Positions 39,700 to 53,665 of a stretch of 64,000 nucleotides of DNA are shown here, piece after piece. Under the pieces are notes generated by a model, which was not told the origin of the DNA, searched no databases, and saw only the letters and a program-made list of their open reading frames with translations. The translations under genes and the position numbers were made by a program. The first letter of the stretch is position 1. Each line of letters opens with the position of its first letter. Source of the DNA: Camelus dromedarius (lineage: Eukaryota); contig NC_087437.1 in assembly GCF_036321535.1 (NCBI RefSeq), positions 37,636,001-37,700,000 of the forward strand. Reading direction: 5' to 3'.

Positions 39700-40750
39700 G
39701 TTTCAATAGTTTTGAGATATAATTGACACCCAGTCAACTGCATATATATAAAATATACAATTAATTGTTTTAACATATGCACATACCCATGAAACCATCA
39801 CTACACTCAAGATATTGAACATACTCATCACTCCCAAAAGTTTTCTCATGCCTCTTTGTTATTCCTCCCTCTTCCTCTCCCTCCCTTCTCTGTTCCAGCC
39901 AAATACTGTTCTGCTTTTGGTCACTTTAGATTAGTTTGCATTTTCTAGGATTTTATGTAAATGAAATACTACAGTATGAACTCCGGTTTTTTTAGTCTTT
40001 TTCACTCAATGTGTTTTGAGACTTATTCATAGTATTACATGTATCAACAGCTTTTTCTATTGTATGGATGTATCACACTTTGATTATTCATTAGCCTGTT
40101 GATGGATATTTAGGTTGTTTCTACTTTGGGGCTATTACAAATAAAGATTCCCTAAACATCTGTGTACAAGTCACTGTACTGACATCTTTCTTGGGAAAAT
40201 ATCTAAGAGCGAAATGGCTGGATCATGTGGAAAGTGTATGTTTAACTTTTTAGGAAACTGCCAAACTGTTTTCCAAAGTAGTTTTACCAATTTACATTTC
40301 TACCAGTAGCATGTGAGAATTCTAGTTGTTCCACCTCATTGATAATATTTGGTATTGTCTGTCTTTTAAATGTTATCTATTCAAATATGTGTTTAGTGGT
40401 ATCAGACTGTGGTTTTAATTTGCATTTCCCTAGTAACAAATGTTGAACATCTTTTCGTGAACTCAGCCTCTGTCCATACATCTTCATTGTCATAGTGTTT
40501 TTCATGACTATATTTGCCATTTGTGTATCTCCCATGGTAAAGTGAATGTCTGTTCAAATTTTTGCTCATTTATTTTTAAGTTGCTTGTTTTCATATTGAT
40601 TTTTGAGAGTACTGTAGGTATTCTGTACACAAGTCCTTTATCAGATATGTGATTTACAAGTATTGTCTCTGTGGCTTAAATCATGTCTTTTGAAGAACAG
40701 AAATTTCTAATTGTAATAAAATTCAAATCATCAATTTGATATTTCTTTGA
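39700..40750 (-). mobile_element. L1MB-like 3' fragment
   Basis: tttgagatataattgacac...acccatgaaaccatcactaca...gattagtttgcattttctag...ggaaactgccaaactgttttccaaag...agtcctttatcagatatgtgattt. Confidence 0.85.
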
Positions 40751-41884
40751 TCCTCAGTTTGGATCCAGAAAGATAGAAAATGTAACAGCTTCCATATTAC
40801 TAGAAGGAATGCCTAGGGAAAGTTTTAGATACTGCAACTCAAATTTGAATGTGTGTATGAATAATCTGGGAATCTTGTTAAATGATAGATTGCTCAAGGA
40901 TATTTTGTGAGATTGTCTCATGATCTTCAGAGACTACTAAGACTCCTCCACTCACCCTACCTGAATACAGATAAATAAAAACAAAATGAACCAAAAAGGC
41001 CATGCAAACGAACAGAAAAGAAATGGATTTGAAAAGCTATTATGAAAGACGTAAATGCACCAAACAATTAAGGATGTGATTTTATTCTGGCTCTTATAGT
41101 AGGGTGAATGTTCATCAATGGTGAACATCTTAAGGAGACAGCTAGAAATTTCATAAAACAAAGGAGTGATTGAAGAAAGATGGAATTGGATTTTTTCTTA
41201 GAATGCTCATGGGCAGTTCTATCATTTCTTTGAACATAGGCAATTGGGGGGTGTCTTAACCTTTTCTGTTTTCGGGGAGCACAGATCTCACATAAATTTC
41301 AATACTGTCATCATAACCTTCTTTCATTTAAAGAGCATAAAGAAGTAAAATTTAACCTTCTCATTTTCTTCTGACTCATCAAAAATGTGTGTTACTGGTA
41401 TGTATATCTCAACTACAGCAGTAGTAAGACAAATCAGAATACACAAACCCAGGTAAAGTTGAGATTATTCAAAACATCTATCGTTACCATGAAACATATT
41501 TTGGAGTATCAGAAACTTATTGAACCATGTCTTTAATTTTTAGAATATTAGACAATTTAAAAGCTGTTAAGAATTACAGTTAATATGGGAAACATTTTTT
41601 GGTTCAAAAGTAACTTTCTAACTCCCTGAAAACATATCATGCCCGATTAAGACATTATGCAAGTCTGACCCTATTTCTCATATTGAATTTTAATAAGACC
41701 AAAAAGGAGAGTGAAATTTGCATATTGTTGGTGCTCTGTAACTATTTACCAGTGATGACTGTAATTATTTACAATTCAGCTCAAATAATATTACTAGATA
41801 TTAACTCTTTTGAGTTTTACCTAAAGTCATATCCAAAATCTTTCTTAGAGATGAGTGGGCATATCCATTTAACATAGAATAAAT

Positions 41885-42098
41885 CAGTGGTTCTCAACAG
41901 GGGGCAGCTTTGCTCTCCAAGGGACATTTGGCAAGAAAGCATTCTTGATTGTCACCACATGACTTGGGGGTTGCTACTGGCATCTAGTGGGTAAAGGCTA
42001 TAGATGTTGTTAGACATTTTGCAATGTGCACAACAGTCCCTCAAAACAAAGAACTATTTGGCCTAAAATGTCAATAGTACTGAAGTTGTGAGTCCCTG
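41885..42098 (+). mobile_element. MER20 DNA transposon
   Basis: cagtggttctcaacagggggcagctttgctctccaagggacatttggcaa...tgctactggcatctagtgggta...aaaatgtcaatagtactgaagttgtgagtccctg. Confidence 0.85.
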
Positions 42099-43286
42099 GG
42101 CTAAATATACAGGTGGAGGGGGTATGAGCTCGGGTGAATAGATACTCAGATAGCATGTATCAATGTATGTATTTGTGATTCCCTAGAAATTCTGAATCCT
42201 GCCACTTTTTTCACTGGCTAGAAAAGCTATGACAGTCTGTCACCATAATCTCTGAGAATGCCACAATATTGGTTGCCAATTATTCTCTAATGGAGTAAAT
42301 GTTCTCTAGTTCTAACTAGAATAGATGAAGAAGTGACTTTCATTCTGATATCAAACTCCCAGTCCAAAAATAACAACAACAAAATTGATGATAAAGCTGA
42401 CAATGAAAAAATTGTTAATACAAAATTAAATCCTATAGTTCTAGAACATTATTATGTCTGAGTCTTTGACCATTTGTCAGCGTTGAGAGAAATAATGGAA
42501 AGAGAAAAATACTTTGAAATTTATGTCTTTAAAATATTTCTCAGAAATATTTTTTTCTGTTGGCACATTTGAGAGAGAGTTTGTTCTTCTCTTTCTTGCC
42601 TTAGAGATTCATAGACGTAGAATGTAATTACCCGAAGAGAACTTCCCAACTTAAAAGGGAGGGGTGAAGGGACATAATAAATTTCTACCATAGAAAGTGA
42701 TCAAAGAAGGTTAGTCAAAGAAAATGTAGTCAGTGAAGTTAAAAGTAGCTCAAAAGAAAATCAGAATGGCTAGATTCCTATATCTGACATATTCTGGATT
42801 GTAACAAGAAAGATATTTCAAAAGTTGTAGTCACATCAGAGCATTTGTAATGACAAAATACACAAAACAAAGCTACTGGGAAGTGTCAATCATCTGAAAC
42901 GTAAGCAAGAACAAAAAGAAAGGATGACAATATGAGGAAATAATTGCTACTATGTGTGCACATGTACATGTATAAATTGATTTATGTAGTCATTTCTGAA
43001 TTACAACTTATAAGGCATATTGATATTTGGAATTCATAAACCATCTCTACACCCAGGGCATTTTTCCTAAATTAAAATTTCCTTCCTCCATGTATTTTTT
43101 TTCCTTTTCTTTCTTTTTTTTTTCTTCCCAAACATGTTGTCCTTAGTTCTTTTTTAAAACACTTGGACTGTTCACAATTAATGGAAGGTTGATGCTTTCA
43201 TGAGACCCTGACCACTTTGTAGAACTGGGTTTAAAAAAAGATAAGGTTATCAGGTTGACTTAATAGGCAGAAATCTCTTTACCATC

Positions 43287-43332
43287 TTCAACTGAATTTA
43301 ACTTAAAATTCAACTGAATTTAACTTAAAATT
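43287..43332. repeat. 22-bp perfect tandem duplication
   Basis: ttcaactgaatttaacttaaaa x2. Confidence 0.9.
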
Positions 43333-44306
43333 TGCTTCATGCTATCCCTATCTTCCCATTTAGCATTAATACTCTTATTAGTGAAACTTGAGACCCACCT
43401 AAATGTAGGTTATCAAGAGCCAGGCAGTTGATAAATTAGTGAAGTAATCTTCATAAGGACTGTGACAAACTGAAGAGTGAAACCTATAAGGAGTGAGTGT
43501 TGGAGATGTAGCTTCTGGCTTTCCTTTTCATGTGTCATGAAGGGTTGATGCCCAGTGTTGCTAAACATTCCAGTTTTCATTTTTTTTAAAAGTCAGAAAT
43601 TCAGATTTTAAATGAAATCTCCCAGATGAAACAATAAAAACAACAACAACTTCCTGTTCTGGTTTCTATGCTTTTGTCTTTTCCCTTTTCCTTTTTTCTC
43701 TTTTCTTTTTGAGTATAGTGCATTATACATATATGGAAGCACTAGTTTTAAATTTCTGGCCCATATTATCGAAGTGCTTGAAATTTTTCAAAAAGGGTAC
43801 CAACTAAGAATGTATTAACATTATATTAGAAGTCTATTAGAAATTCAGATAGTTGGCGCTAGGGCTTGATATGCCAAGAATAGCATTTTCATTAAAGAAC
43901 CAGAGTGCAGCTCTGAGAAACTGTCCAGCCAAGCAAATAAATCTTGCAAAGAATCCTAAAATACTATTGTTGACTGGGACAGAGACTTGTGAGATTTTTG
44001 TCTATAAAAGTAGTACGTCAACATGTCAGATGTGGAACCGGGGAAGGATTTAAGACAATTCAGGCAATTAGAGTATATTTGCATTAGTAGAAATGTTTGT
44101 CCTCATTACTGCTTTCTAAACATCGGATTCTCTAACTTTGTGAACAATTTTTTCTTCTTTTTGCATGGAAATGGTAAACTCAGTAAGCCAATTCAGTGGA
44201 TCTAAACCAGACATATTTACATACGTTTGCTGTAGATGTGGTGGTACAGCTTGATTCCTGTTACTTTAATACAGCTCTTGATACTGACTTGGAGATCATT
44301 CTAGGT

Positions 44307-44455
44307 CAGTGGTTCTCAGCTTTGACTTAGCATTAGAATTACCTGAGGAATTTTTTTAAAATTGTGATGCCCTGACCATGTTCCATAACAATTATATCAG
44401 AGCCTTTTGGTAGGGTTTGGGAGGGATCCAGAAATCAGTCATTTTTAAGTTCTTT
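44307..44455. mobile_element. MER5-like DNA transposon remnant
   Basis: ctaggtcagtggttctcagctttgacttagcattagaattacctgaggaatttttttaaaa. Confidence 0.65.
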
Positions 44456-44534
44456 AGTTGAGCAGAGAATTCTCCATTAAGGCAGTTGATTATAAGAATC
44501 TTAAAGACCATGAGGACCAGATAAGTTTCATCAA

Positions 44535-44700
44535 TCCAATCATTCATTTAACAAACGTATTATTAAATGCTTACTCTGCACTAGATGTTTTGCTTGGTGG
44601 GGGGTTGGTAGGAATGATACGCAAAGATGAATAAAACACTTTGTGGCCTGTCAAACATTTAGAATCTTATAATGGAAGACAGTTATTGTGAATCAGTAAG
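44535..44700 (-). mobile_element. L2 3' end remnant
   Basis: tcattcatttaacaaacgtattattaaatgcttactctgcactagatg...caaagatgaataaaacac. Confidence 0.6.
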
Positions 44701-45054
44701 TGAAGTGTTAAAATTCCTTTAGTAGAAATATGCCTATAGTCATAGGGAAAAGCCAGTTTGATTTGGAACTTATTGAGTTGTAGAAAAAAAAATTACACAG
44801 GAATTGTCTTGTGAGTGAACTAGAACAATGGATAGAATTTGTGGTCAAAATAGAATGGGATGTTGGGAGGGATACAGTCAGCATGAGTGAGAACAATTTG
44901 TCCACCTTTGATTGACTGAAGAGGATCAGTTTGAACGTAACTCACAAGTTGATTTAATGTGCTAAAATTTAGTACATAAACAGTGGTTGAAATTTTGCAT
45001 TTCCACTAATGTTATTAAATAATTTAATTTAGAATGTTGGTTACATCTGTCAAG

Positions 45055-45266
45055 TAAAGTTTTCAAACTTTAATATGCATCATAATCATCTGTAGGACTT
45101 ACTTAAACCCAGATTCTTCCCCATGTACCTCAAGTTTCTGATTTGATAGGTTGGGCAGTGGGTAGCAATACTCTGCATTCTTAACAAGTCTGAGGGCTGC
45201 ATTCTTAACAAGTCTGAGGGATGCTCATGCTGCTGGTGGTCTGGGGATTACACTTTGAAAACACTG
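45055..45266. mobile_element. MER5A DNA transposon with internal 24-bp tandem duplication
   Basis: gttttcaaactttaatatgcatcataatcatctg...gatgctcatgctgctggtggtctggggattacactttgaaaacactg. ctgcattcttaacaagtctgaggg x2 at 45173-45220. Confidence 0.8.
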
Positions 45267-48200
45267 TTCTCTATACAGAACACCAGATTAAGTGTTGCAT
45301 AATCTGGCTAGGGTTTAGGTGAGAACATTATTAGTAAACCATTTTATCTTTTTGAACTTCCTCACTTGTAAAATAAAGAAGTTGGACTGACAAAGAAATA
45401 TAGACACCCCAGATACGCTAATGATGATTATCCTCTCAAATTGAAAATATATTTATCCTTTAGGAGGGGAAGATTTTTTTTATGAGAAAAGGGCAAAGAA
45501 ATATAACAGAATAGTCAATCCCTACTATGGCCCAAGCAATTCAGTTCAATCCGTAGACTTTAATACCCAACCGGTGAGACAAAAGCCCAGCTGGACCCAT
45601 TATCCTTTGATGGTAGTTTAGAAATCATTGGTTCTCCCTCTGTTATCATATTCTCTCAAAACTGCGAACTACTTTTTAGAGTGCGTTTTCCAATCTCAGT
45701 CTTGCTGTCCCTGAAAGGCGTTCTGATAGTTAAATATATTAATATGTATTTCTTCATCTCATTAAATTTCCATTAAGATCTTCGTACTCTACAGGGGCTG
45801 TCGCCTCTTAGCTGCTGGCTGACCCACCTTTTAATTCAGTGTTTCTAAATTCTCAAGCAGCTCTAGCATTCTGTGGTCTGTATGCAAACTTGGTAGTAGG
45901 GGAACTGAAGTGACTTTAGACTTCAGAGCATACAGTGACGGTTGGACCAGTGGAGGGAGCTGTTTACTTGAGAATCATTGACCTTGATCCACAACAGACA
46001 GAAACACACTTTTTATTGCTAATGAAGAGCCCAGTGCTAAAAACATTTATTGCTTTGAGTCAGCCTTTTCAGTGAGCTGAACTGCTTCTTTTGCTTTGAA
46101 TTTGGAAAGAAAATCACCCTAAAAACTGTACCTGCAGTTGCCTTTGTGACTAAGTGGAAAGTTGCTAGAAGCTGGGCTTGAGAAGAGATAACCTGTAAGA
46201 TGGGTGAGACAGAGGTTTGTTGAATGATGAGAACAGTTCCATATTTAGTGAGATTGAGTGTGCTCAGTCCTAATTCATGTAAGGTATAAATTACATGTAA
46301 TAAAAGTGAAAAACAGTCCTTCTGCCTTCGTGCTTATTTATCTTTAGGGTCGTTTTCTTTGGAGTTCCAGAGTTAATTATTTATTTTAATAGAATGAGTA
46401 GATTTAAATTGATTAAACATAGAATGTTGAATTTTAGAACTGATGAACAGTGCCACTAATCCAAGGAGGTTTAGGTATGTAAATAAAAATAATATTTAAT
46501 GATGGCTAGTAAAAATCTAAAAGATGAGACTTACATAATATGAAGTTTACTTTTTAGACTGAAAAGTTTAAAATTTTGCCATGATGTCATTCATAACAGT
46601 TCAGAATATCTGATATACTTGTGACTATAAATGTTCACTTTCCTGAGTATTTATGAGATTGCTAACAATGATAAATGCAGCTTAGTTTATAAGATGTTCA
46701 ATTGTTTGTTTCTAATTTCTCTATGTATACTTTTAGCATAGTTAACATTTAATTGAAAATGATAGCTCAAATAATGGATTGGAAAAATAAACTGCTAGAC
46801 AGGAGACCCGAATCTCTAGAACTGGCTTCTCCTCTTCTAACATTGTGATTTTGTAAAAGTATTTAATCTCACTGGGCTTCAATTTTCTTAATTTAAAACT
46901 ATAAGGTTCAACTTCTAGGTATTTACAGTTTCCATACTTATAATTTTTTCAAATGATTCTTGCTTAGAGTTAGGCCATTTGGTATACCAAAGTAAACTAA
47001 AAAGCAGCATATTGTAAAGCCACATTGGTTCAAAAAAAGATTCTTTTGTGAAAAATATTCAAAAGTTAATGTTCTGTAGTTAATAGATACATACATTTTA
47101 TATGATAGTTTTTGATTGCTTAAGTATTTGGGAATGCATTAGTACATCTTTTACTAATGTATTTTGTTTCATTATTAAAATTACTATTTCCTCATTATTT
47201 TCACATAATATACTTTTATAATTTTTACAATCTACACAAAAACTTAAATTCTCAAGAAATAGTATAGTTTACTTAGAATTTTTTTAAGTTAACAATGAAA
47301 AGTCAGTCTAGGTTTATATAAGAGAATAGTCAAAGAACTTTATATTATGCATCACCTAGTAATAAATTTTATTTTTCAGGAAGAAAACTCTAAATATGAT
47401 TGTAAAATTATTGATGGAAGCTGAAATATTAACCACAATTTTGGAAAGCCATCAGCAGGTTTTAGAAATCCTACTAATGTCTCTAAAATATTATTAAACC
47501 ACTCTTATAAAAGAGCCTTGTGAACTGCTTTTCCCGTTTAATCTAATAGATTAAGCTCTATGAATCCTTTGGTTGAGATTTTCTGTTGATAGCTGGCAAT
47601 TCTCTGTGATAAAAAAAAAAATCAAGTTCAGAAGCCTTTGCAGGGTAGTCTGTTTGGTTTTGCAAGGCTTTCTCTCCCTGCTAAAAGATTAGAAATATGA
47701 CCTATAATTTGCTTCTCTTGCCCCAGATGTTATTATTTCATGATAATACACAGATTTGCATTTTGACTGTATTTCAGGCAATAAGAGATGTTGCTAAAGA
47801 TTTTATTTTACATGCAGGTACATGTGTAGTTTTTGTTTAATATCTCATTCCTAAGAAGCATTAGTATGACTTCCTTAAATTCAAATTTATGAGAAAATAA
47901 TAGAGAATTATAGGCATAGCCATATTCATTGATTATCGTTATCTTTTACACAAAGGACTCTCTATAAGTTGGATTTATATGACAACTTCTTTCGTCTGTG
48001 TTTTTTTTGTTTTTTAATGTATTAAGTCTTCTTGGATTTAAGACTAGAGCCCCATAATTTCTTGTTTAAAGACATTTCTAATCTATTTGGCATGTATTAA
48101 TTTTACATGATTCTTAACAATAAATTCAGAATCATAAGTCTTAAAACTTCACCGTGACAGCATGCATCCAACTTTACTGTCTCCTCTGCTGGCCCGAAAT

Positions 48201-49620
48201 CACTAATGAAATCTCAAATGTCTCAAGGCAATGAGGGTAGCCATCAGTTGCAGATGCTTAGTCAACTGTGTAATGAAGTCTTGTTTGTTTGTTTTCTTTT
48301 GTATAGTACTTAGTGAATCTCGGCACATTTTCAGCAGCTTAGCGGTATTGCCCATTTCATCACTACTTCTAAACTTGTTGCGTCATTTTACTAACCATTA
48401 CTAAACTTTATTTTGTTCAGTATACCTAATAAGGCAATACCAAAGTAATTGGCTCTAGAGCAGCTAACAGGCACCAAAACAGGAAAATAACACCACTACA
48501 AGAGAAAGCATCTCAAAGGTGGTAAGAAATCGTAAACTGCATTTACATATTTCTTTACACATTTTCAAACATTTTAAGACTCAAGTAAAAAGCAAATACA
48601 TACTTAGTATTAAAAATAAATAAATGAATACATAAATAAAAGGACTATAGAACAAAATGTGTAAGTCCTCTTTAGATGTACCTCTCCCATTCCTAATTGT
48701 AATAGTTTGTGATTTGTACCCTTCTCAACTTTCTTCCTTTGTAGGCTCAGGGCCAGACTTTGTTTGAATTGAAGAAAAAGAAATAAGGTGTCATATATTG
48801 CACAGATGAATCTTAGTACCAAAATTTAAATATATCACATAAATTTATAAGGAAAATATATTTCCTGGTCTTGATTTTATACAAATGAGATTATACTTTT
48901 TAAGATCTTCAGATTATTTTTTAAGATAAACATACCATATTTTATTTAACCATTTATCCTTGATGGGCATGTAGCATTATTCAGTTTTTTTATTCTTACC
49001 AACAATGCTGTGAGTAACATACTTTTTATATATGTTGAAGTATTTCTGTAGATAGGGTTCCTTTCTGGAACAAAGAAAATGCACATTTAAAACTGTCCTT
49101 CAAAAAGTGCATACCTTAATGCACTAAAACTTACACTGTCCACTAGTCCCATTTCTCTAGGAGCTCAGTTAAAAAAATTGCTAATATGCTCGTTGAAACA
49201 TATAAACATGAAACATGTAAACATTTTAAACTTGGCCATTATCCTAGAATCTCGCATTATTTTTATTAACATTTGTGGGTAATACGTGTTAATATAATAT
49301 ATATAATATCAGGAATAGATGATGAATCTGATCAAATGTTTATTTAGAGGTTGGACATCTTTAATTACTCTTTCAATTTTATCTAAACTTTTAATTCTTT
49401 TCAGATATTTTAACCTTTTTCATCAATTTGGTAGTTAGGATATTATAAGAAATTGTCTGATAATGTAAAATCTTAAGGTTATTAACTTAAGTTGTATTTA
49501 GTCTACTCAACATTTAAAAATATATACTTACGTTCTTTCCCTACATCCATAACGTAGTTCATTATAGTACTTTTTAAAATTTTTGACACGTCCAAAAAAG
49601 CTTTCTGTCTTTTGTTGATA

Positions 49621-49779
49621 CTTTTTTTTCTTTCTTTTTTTAATTGAAGTATATAATTGATATAATGTTATGTTAATTTCTGGTATATAGCATAATGATC
49701 ATTTATACATATATATATATTCCTTTTCCTATTCTTTTTCATTATAGGCCACTAAAAGATACTGAATATCATTCCCTGT
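49621..49779 (-). mobile_element. Very short L1 3' end insertion
   Basis: T-rich tail then taattgaagtatataattgatataatgttatg...aagatactgaatatcattccctgt. Flanking direct repeat ctgtcttttgttgata at 49605-49620 and 49776-49791. Confidence 0.85.
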
Positions 49780-50860
49780 CTTTTGTTGATATTTCTTAAA
49801 GCACACACTTTATTACTTGAATTTGTTATTGTTGTCTAATTAAGACTGCTACTGCCGTTGCTTCAAATGTATTCATTGTTTTTACTTTTCTTAGGCTCTT
49901 GTATTTTTCTTTAGTTTCTTGAGATACAGATTTATTTTATTTTCAAACTCTATTTGCATGACAAATGTTTAAGACTAAACTTTTTCAGTTGAACACCATT
50001 TTAACTGGATTCACAGATTTGTGAGATGGAGGATTTTTGTTGTCTTTTATTTCTAAATGGTCTATACTTTCTGTTTTGATTTTTTAATTTAAAAACACTG
50101 AATATTATAAAATTTTTCAAGTTTATTATTCTTTAAATTTTGTTGTTAATTTCTAATAGCAAATTAATTTTATAAATTTGTTAATTTTGAGTTGCATTTT
50201 ATTTTGGTTTCATTATATTCCCAGTATTGTTTCCTTTTTTTTTCTTTGTGGAATAGATTGTGATCTTCACAGCCTAATACATGCTCTTTTTTTTTGATAA
50301 AGTTAGCATGACTGTTTGAAGAAGAAGTGTATTTCTTTATATTAGGTACATAATATTATGCTTGCACATATGAAGCTTGTTATTTTTAGCACTCAATTTT
50401 TAAATAATTATAGTTTCATCCTGAAAGTCATCTATTTATGTATCTAAGCCTCCAGTCTAATTTATGAGTGAAGTTTGATTTGATATTTTTTCTTCCTGTG
50501 ATTATAAACATTGAAAATATAAATTGTATATTTTATGACAAAAATTTATGATTTTTATCTGTTTATTTTTGGTAGTATCTACCTTCTATTAATATAAACT
50601 ATATTTTTTCCTTTTGAATTATTTTACTTTGAATTCTATTCTCTTTGTATATTTGCACTTCCCTTTATTTTCAACCTTTTTAACGATCTAAATAACTAAA
50701 TTGTGTATAGTATCTCAGTAATTTTTAAAAGTATGTCACTTCTTTATTTTTCTAAGTTCAAGAAATATTAATAAGTTCTTACTACATATATGTACACATA
50801 CACATTTACCAATTATTTGAAATACAGAAGACTTCCTGCCTGAAAGCGCTCACAATCTAC

Positions 50861-53665
50861 TGGTTTGTTTTTTTTTTAATTGAACTATAGTCAGTTAAAA
50901 TGTGTCAGTCTCTACTGTACAGCATAATGTCCCAGTCATACATGTACATACATATATTTGTTTTCATATCCTTTTTCCTTAAAGGTTATTACAAGATATT
51001 GAATATAGCTCCCTGTGTTATACAGAAATTTGTTTTTTAATCTATTTTTACGTACAGTAGCTAATGCTTGCAAATCTGGAACTCCCAAATTTATCCCTTC
51101 CCCCTCCCTTTCACCTCAGTAACTATAAGTTTATTAACTATGTCTAAGAGTCTGTTTCTGTTTTGTAGATTATTAGTGTCTTCTTTTTTCTCTTTTTAGA
51201 TTCCATATATGAGTAATATCATATGGTATTTTTCTTTCTGTTTCTGACTTCATTTAGAGTGATCTCCAGGTCCATCCGTGTTGCTGCAAATGGCATTGTT
51301 TTGTTATTTTTTATGGCTGAGTAGTATTCCATTGTATAAATATGACACAACTTCTTTATCCAGTCCTCTGTTGATGGACATTTAGGTTGTTTCCATGTCT
51401 TCGCTATTGTATGTGGGGTGCATGTATCTTTTTGAATTAGAATTCCCTACAGATATATGTCCAGGAGTGAGATTACTGGATCATATAGTAAGTCTATTTT
51501 AGTTTTTTGAGAAACCTTTATTCTGTTTCCTTAATGGTTATAGCAAACTACATTCCTGCCAACAGTGTACGGGGGTTCCCTTTTTTCCACATCTCCAGCA
51601 TTTATCTTTTGTGGACTTTTGAATGATGGCCATTCTGACTGGTGTGAGGTGATACCTCATTGTAGTTTTGAATTGCACTTCTCCGATGATTAGCAATATT
51701 GAGCATTTATTCATGTGCCTATTGGCCATCTGTATGTCTTCATTGGAAAACTGCTTGTTTAGCTCTTCTGCCCATTTTTTGGATTGAATTACTTGGGGGT
51801 TTTTTGTTGTTGTTGTTGTTGTTATTAAGTTATACGAGCTGTTTATATACTCTGGAAGTTAAACCTCTGTCAGTTGCATCATTTTCAAATATTTTCTCCC
51901 ATTCCATAGGTTGTTGTTTTGTTTTGCTTATGGTTTCCTTTGCTATGCAAAAGCTTCTAAGTTTAATTAGGTTCCATTTGTTTATTTTTGCTTTTATTTC
52001 TATTGCCTGGATAGATTGCCTTATGAGAACATTGCTAAGATGTATGTCAGAAAGTGTTTTGCCTATGTTTTCTTCTAAGAGGTTTATAGTGCCTTGTCTT
52101 GTATTTAAATCTTTAAGCCATTTTGAGTTTATTTTTGTGTATGGTGTGAGCAAGTGTTCTAACTTCATTAATTTGCATGCAGCTGTCCAGTTTTCCCAAC
52201 ACCACTTGCTGAAGAGACTGCCTTTTCTCCATTGTATATTCTTGCCTCCCTTGCCAAAGATTAATTGACCTTAGGTCTGTGGATATATTTCTGGGCTCTC
52301 TATTCTGTTCCATTGAGCCATATGTCTGTTTTTATACCAATACCACATTGTTTTGATTACTGTATCTCTGTAGTATTGTCTGAAGTCTGGGAGGGTTATT
52401 CCTCCAGCTTCATTCTTTTTCTTCAGTATTGCTTTGAAAATTCTGGGTCTTCTGTGATTCCAAATAAATTTTAGGATTATTTGTTCTAATTCTGTGAAAA
52501 ATGTCATGGGTACTTTGATAAGGATCACATTAAATCTGTAGATTGCCTTGGGTGGTATGGCCATTTTAATAATATTAATTCTTCCAATCCAAGAGCGCAG
52601 AATATCTTTCTGTTTCTTCCAGTCATCTTTAATTTCCTTAGTCAATATCTTGTAGTTCTCTGTGTATAAGTCTTTCACCTCCTTTGTCAATTTATTCCTA
52701 AGTATCTTACTGTTTTGCATGTGATTTTAAAAGGGATTGTTTCTTTATTTACTTTTTCTGATATTTCATTCTTATTGTAAAGAAATACAACTGATTTCTG
52801 TATGTTAATCTTGTATCCTGATACCTTGCTGAATTCTTTTATCAGCTCTAATAGTTTTTGTGTGGAGCTTTTAGGGTTTTCTATATATGGTATCATGTCA
52901 TCTGCATATAGTGACAATTTTACCTCTTCTCTTCCAATTTGTATCCTTTTTATTTCTTTTTCTTACCTGATTGCTGTGCCTAGGATTTCCAATACTATGT
53001 AAAAAAGAAGTGGTGAGAGTGGGCATCCTTGTCTTGTTCCAGATTTTAGTGAGGCTTTTAGCTTTTCACTGTTGAGTATTGTGCTGGCTGTAGGTTTGTC
53101 ATAAATAGCTATTATTATGTTGAGATATGTTCCCTCTATACCCACTTTGGTAAGGACTTTTATCATAATGGGTGTTGAATTTTATCAAATGGTTTTTCTG
53201 CATCTATTGAAATGATAATGTGATTTTTGTCATTTCTTTTGTTGATGTGGTATATCACATTAATTGATTTGTGTATGTTGAACCATCCTTGTGTTCCTGG
53301 GATGGATCCAGCTTGATCATGGTGTATGATCTTTTTTATGTGTTGTTGGATTCTGTTTGCTAGTATTTTGTTGAGGATTTTTACATCTATGTTCATCAAA
53401 AATACTGACATATATTTTTCTTTTTTGGTAGTGTCTTTGTCTGGCTTTGATATCAGGTGATGGTGGCTTCATAGAATGAGTTTGGGAGTATTCCCTCCTC
53501 TTCAGTCATTTGAAAGAGTTTGAGAAGGGTTTGTATGAGTCTTCTTTGTGTGTTTGGTAGAATTCCCCGGTGAAGCCATCTGGCCCTGGACTTTTGTTTG
53601 TTGGGAGGCTTTTAATTGCTGATTCTATTTCACTTCTAGTGATCAGTCTATTCAAGTGGTCTATT
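50861..53665 (-). mobile_element. L1 non-inverted 3' segment (broken ORF2 RT to C-terminus, 3' UTR, poly-A)
   Basis: Frameshifted ORF2 peptides: [89 protein letters not shown] tract at 50864-50877. Confidence 0.97.

Noticed and set aside
51699..52268. 189-aa plus-strand ORF, the longest in the track
   Set aside because: It is the antisense frame of L1 ORF2, a common artefact.
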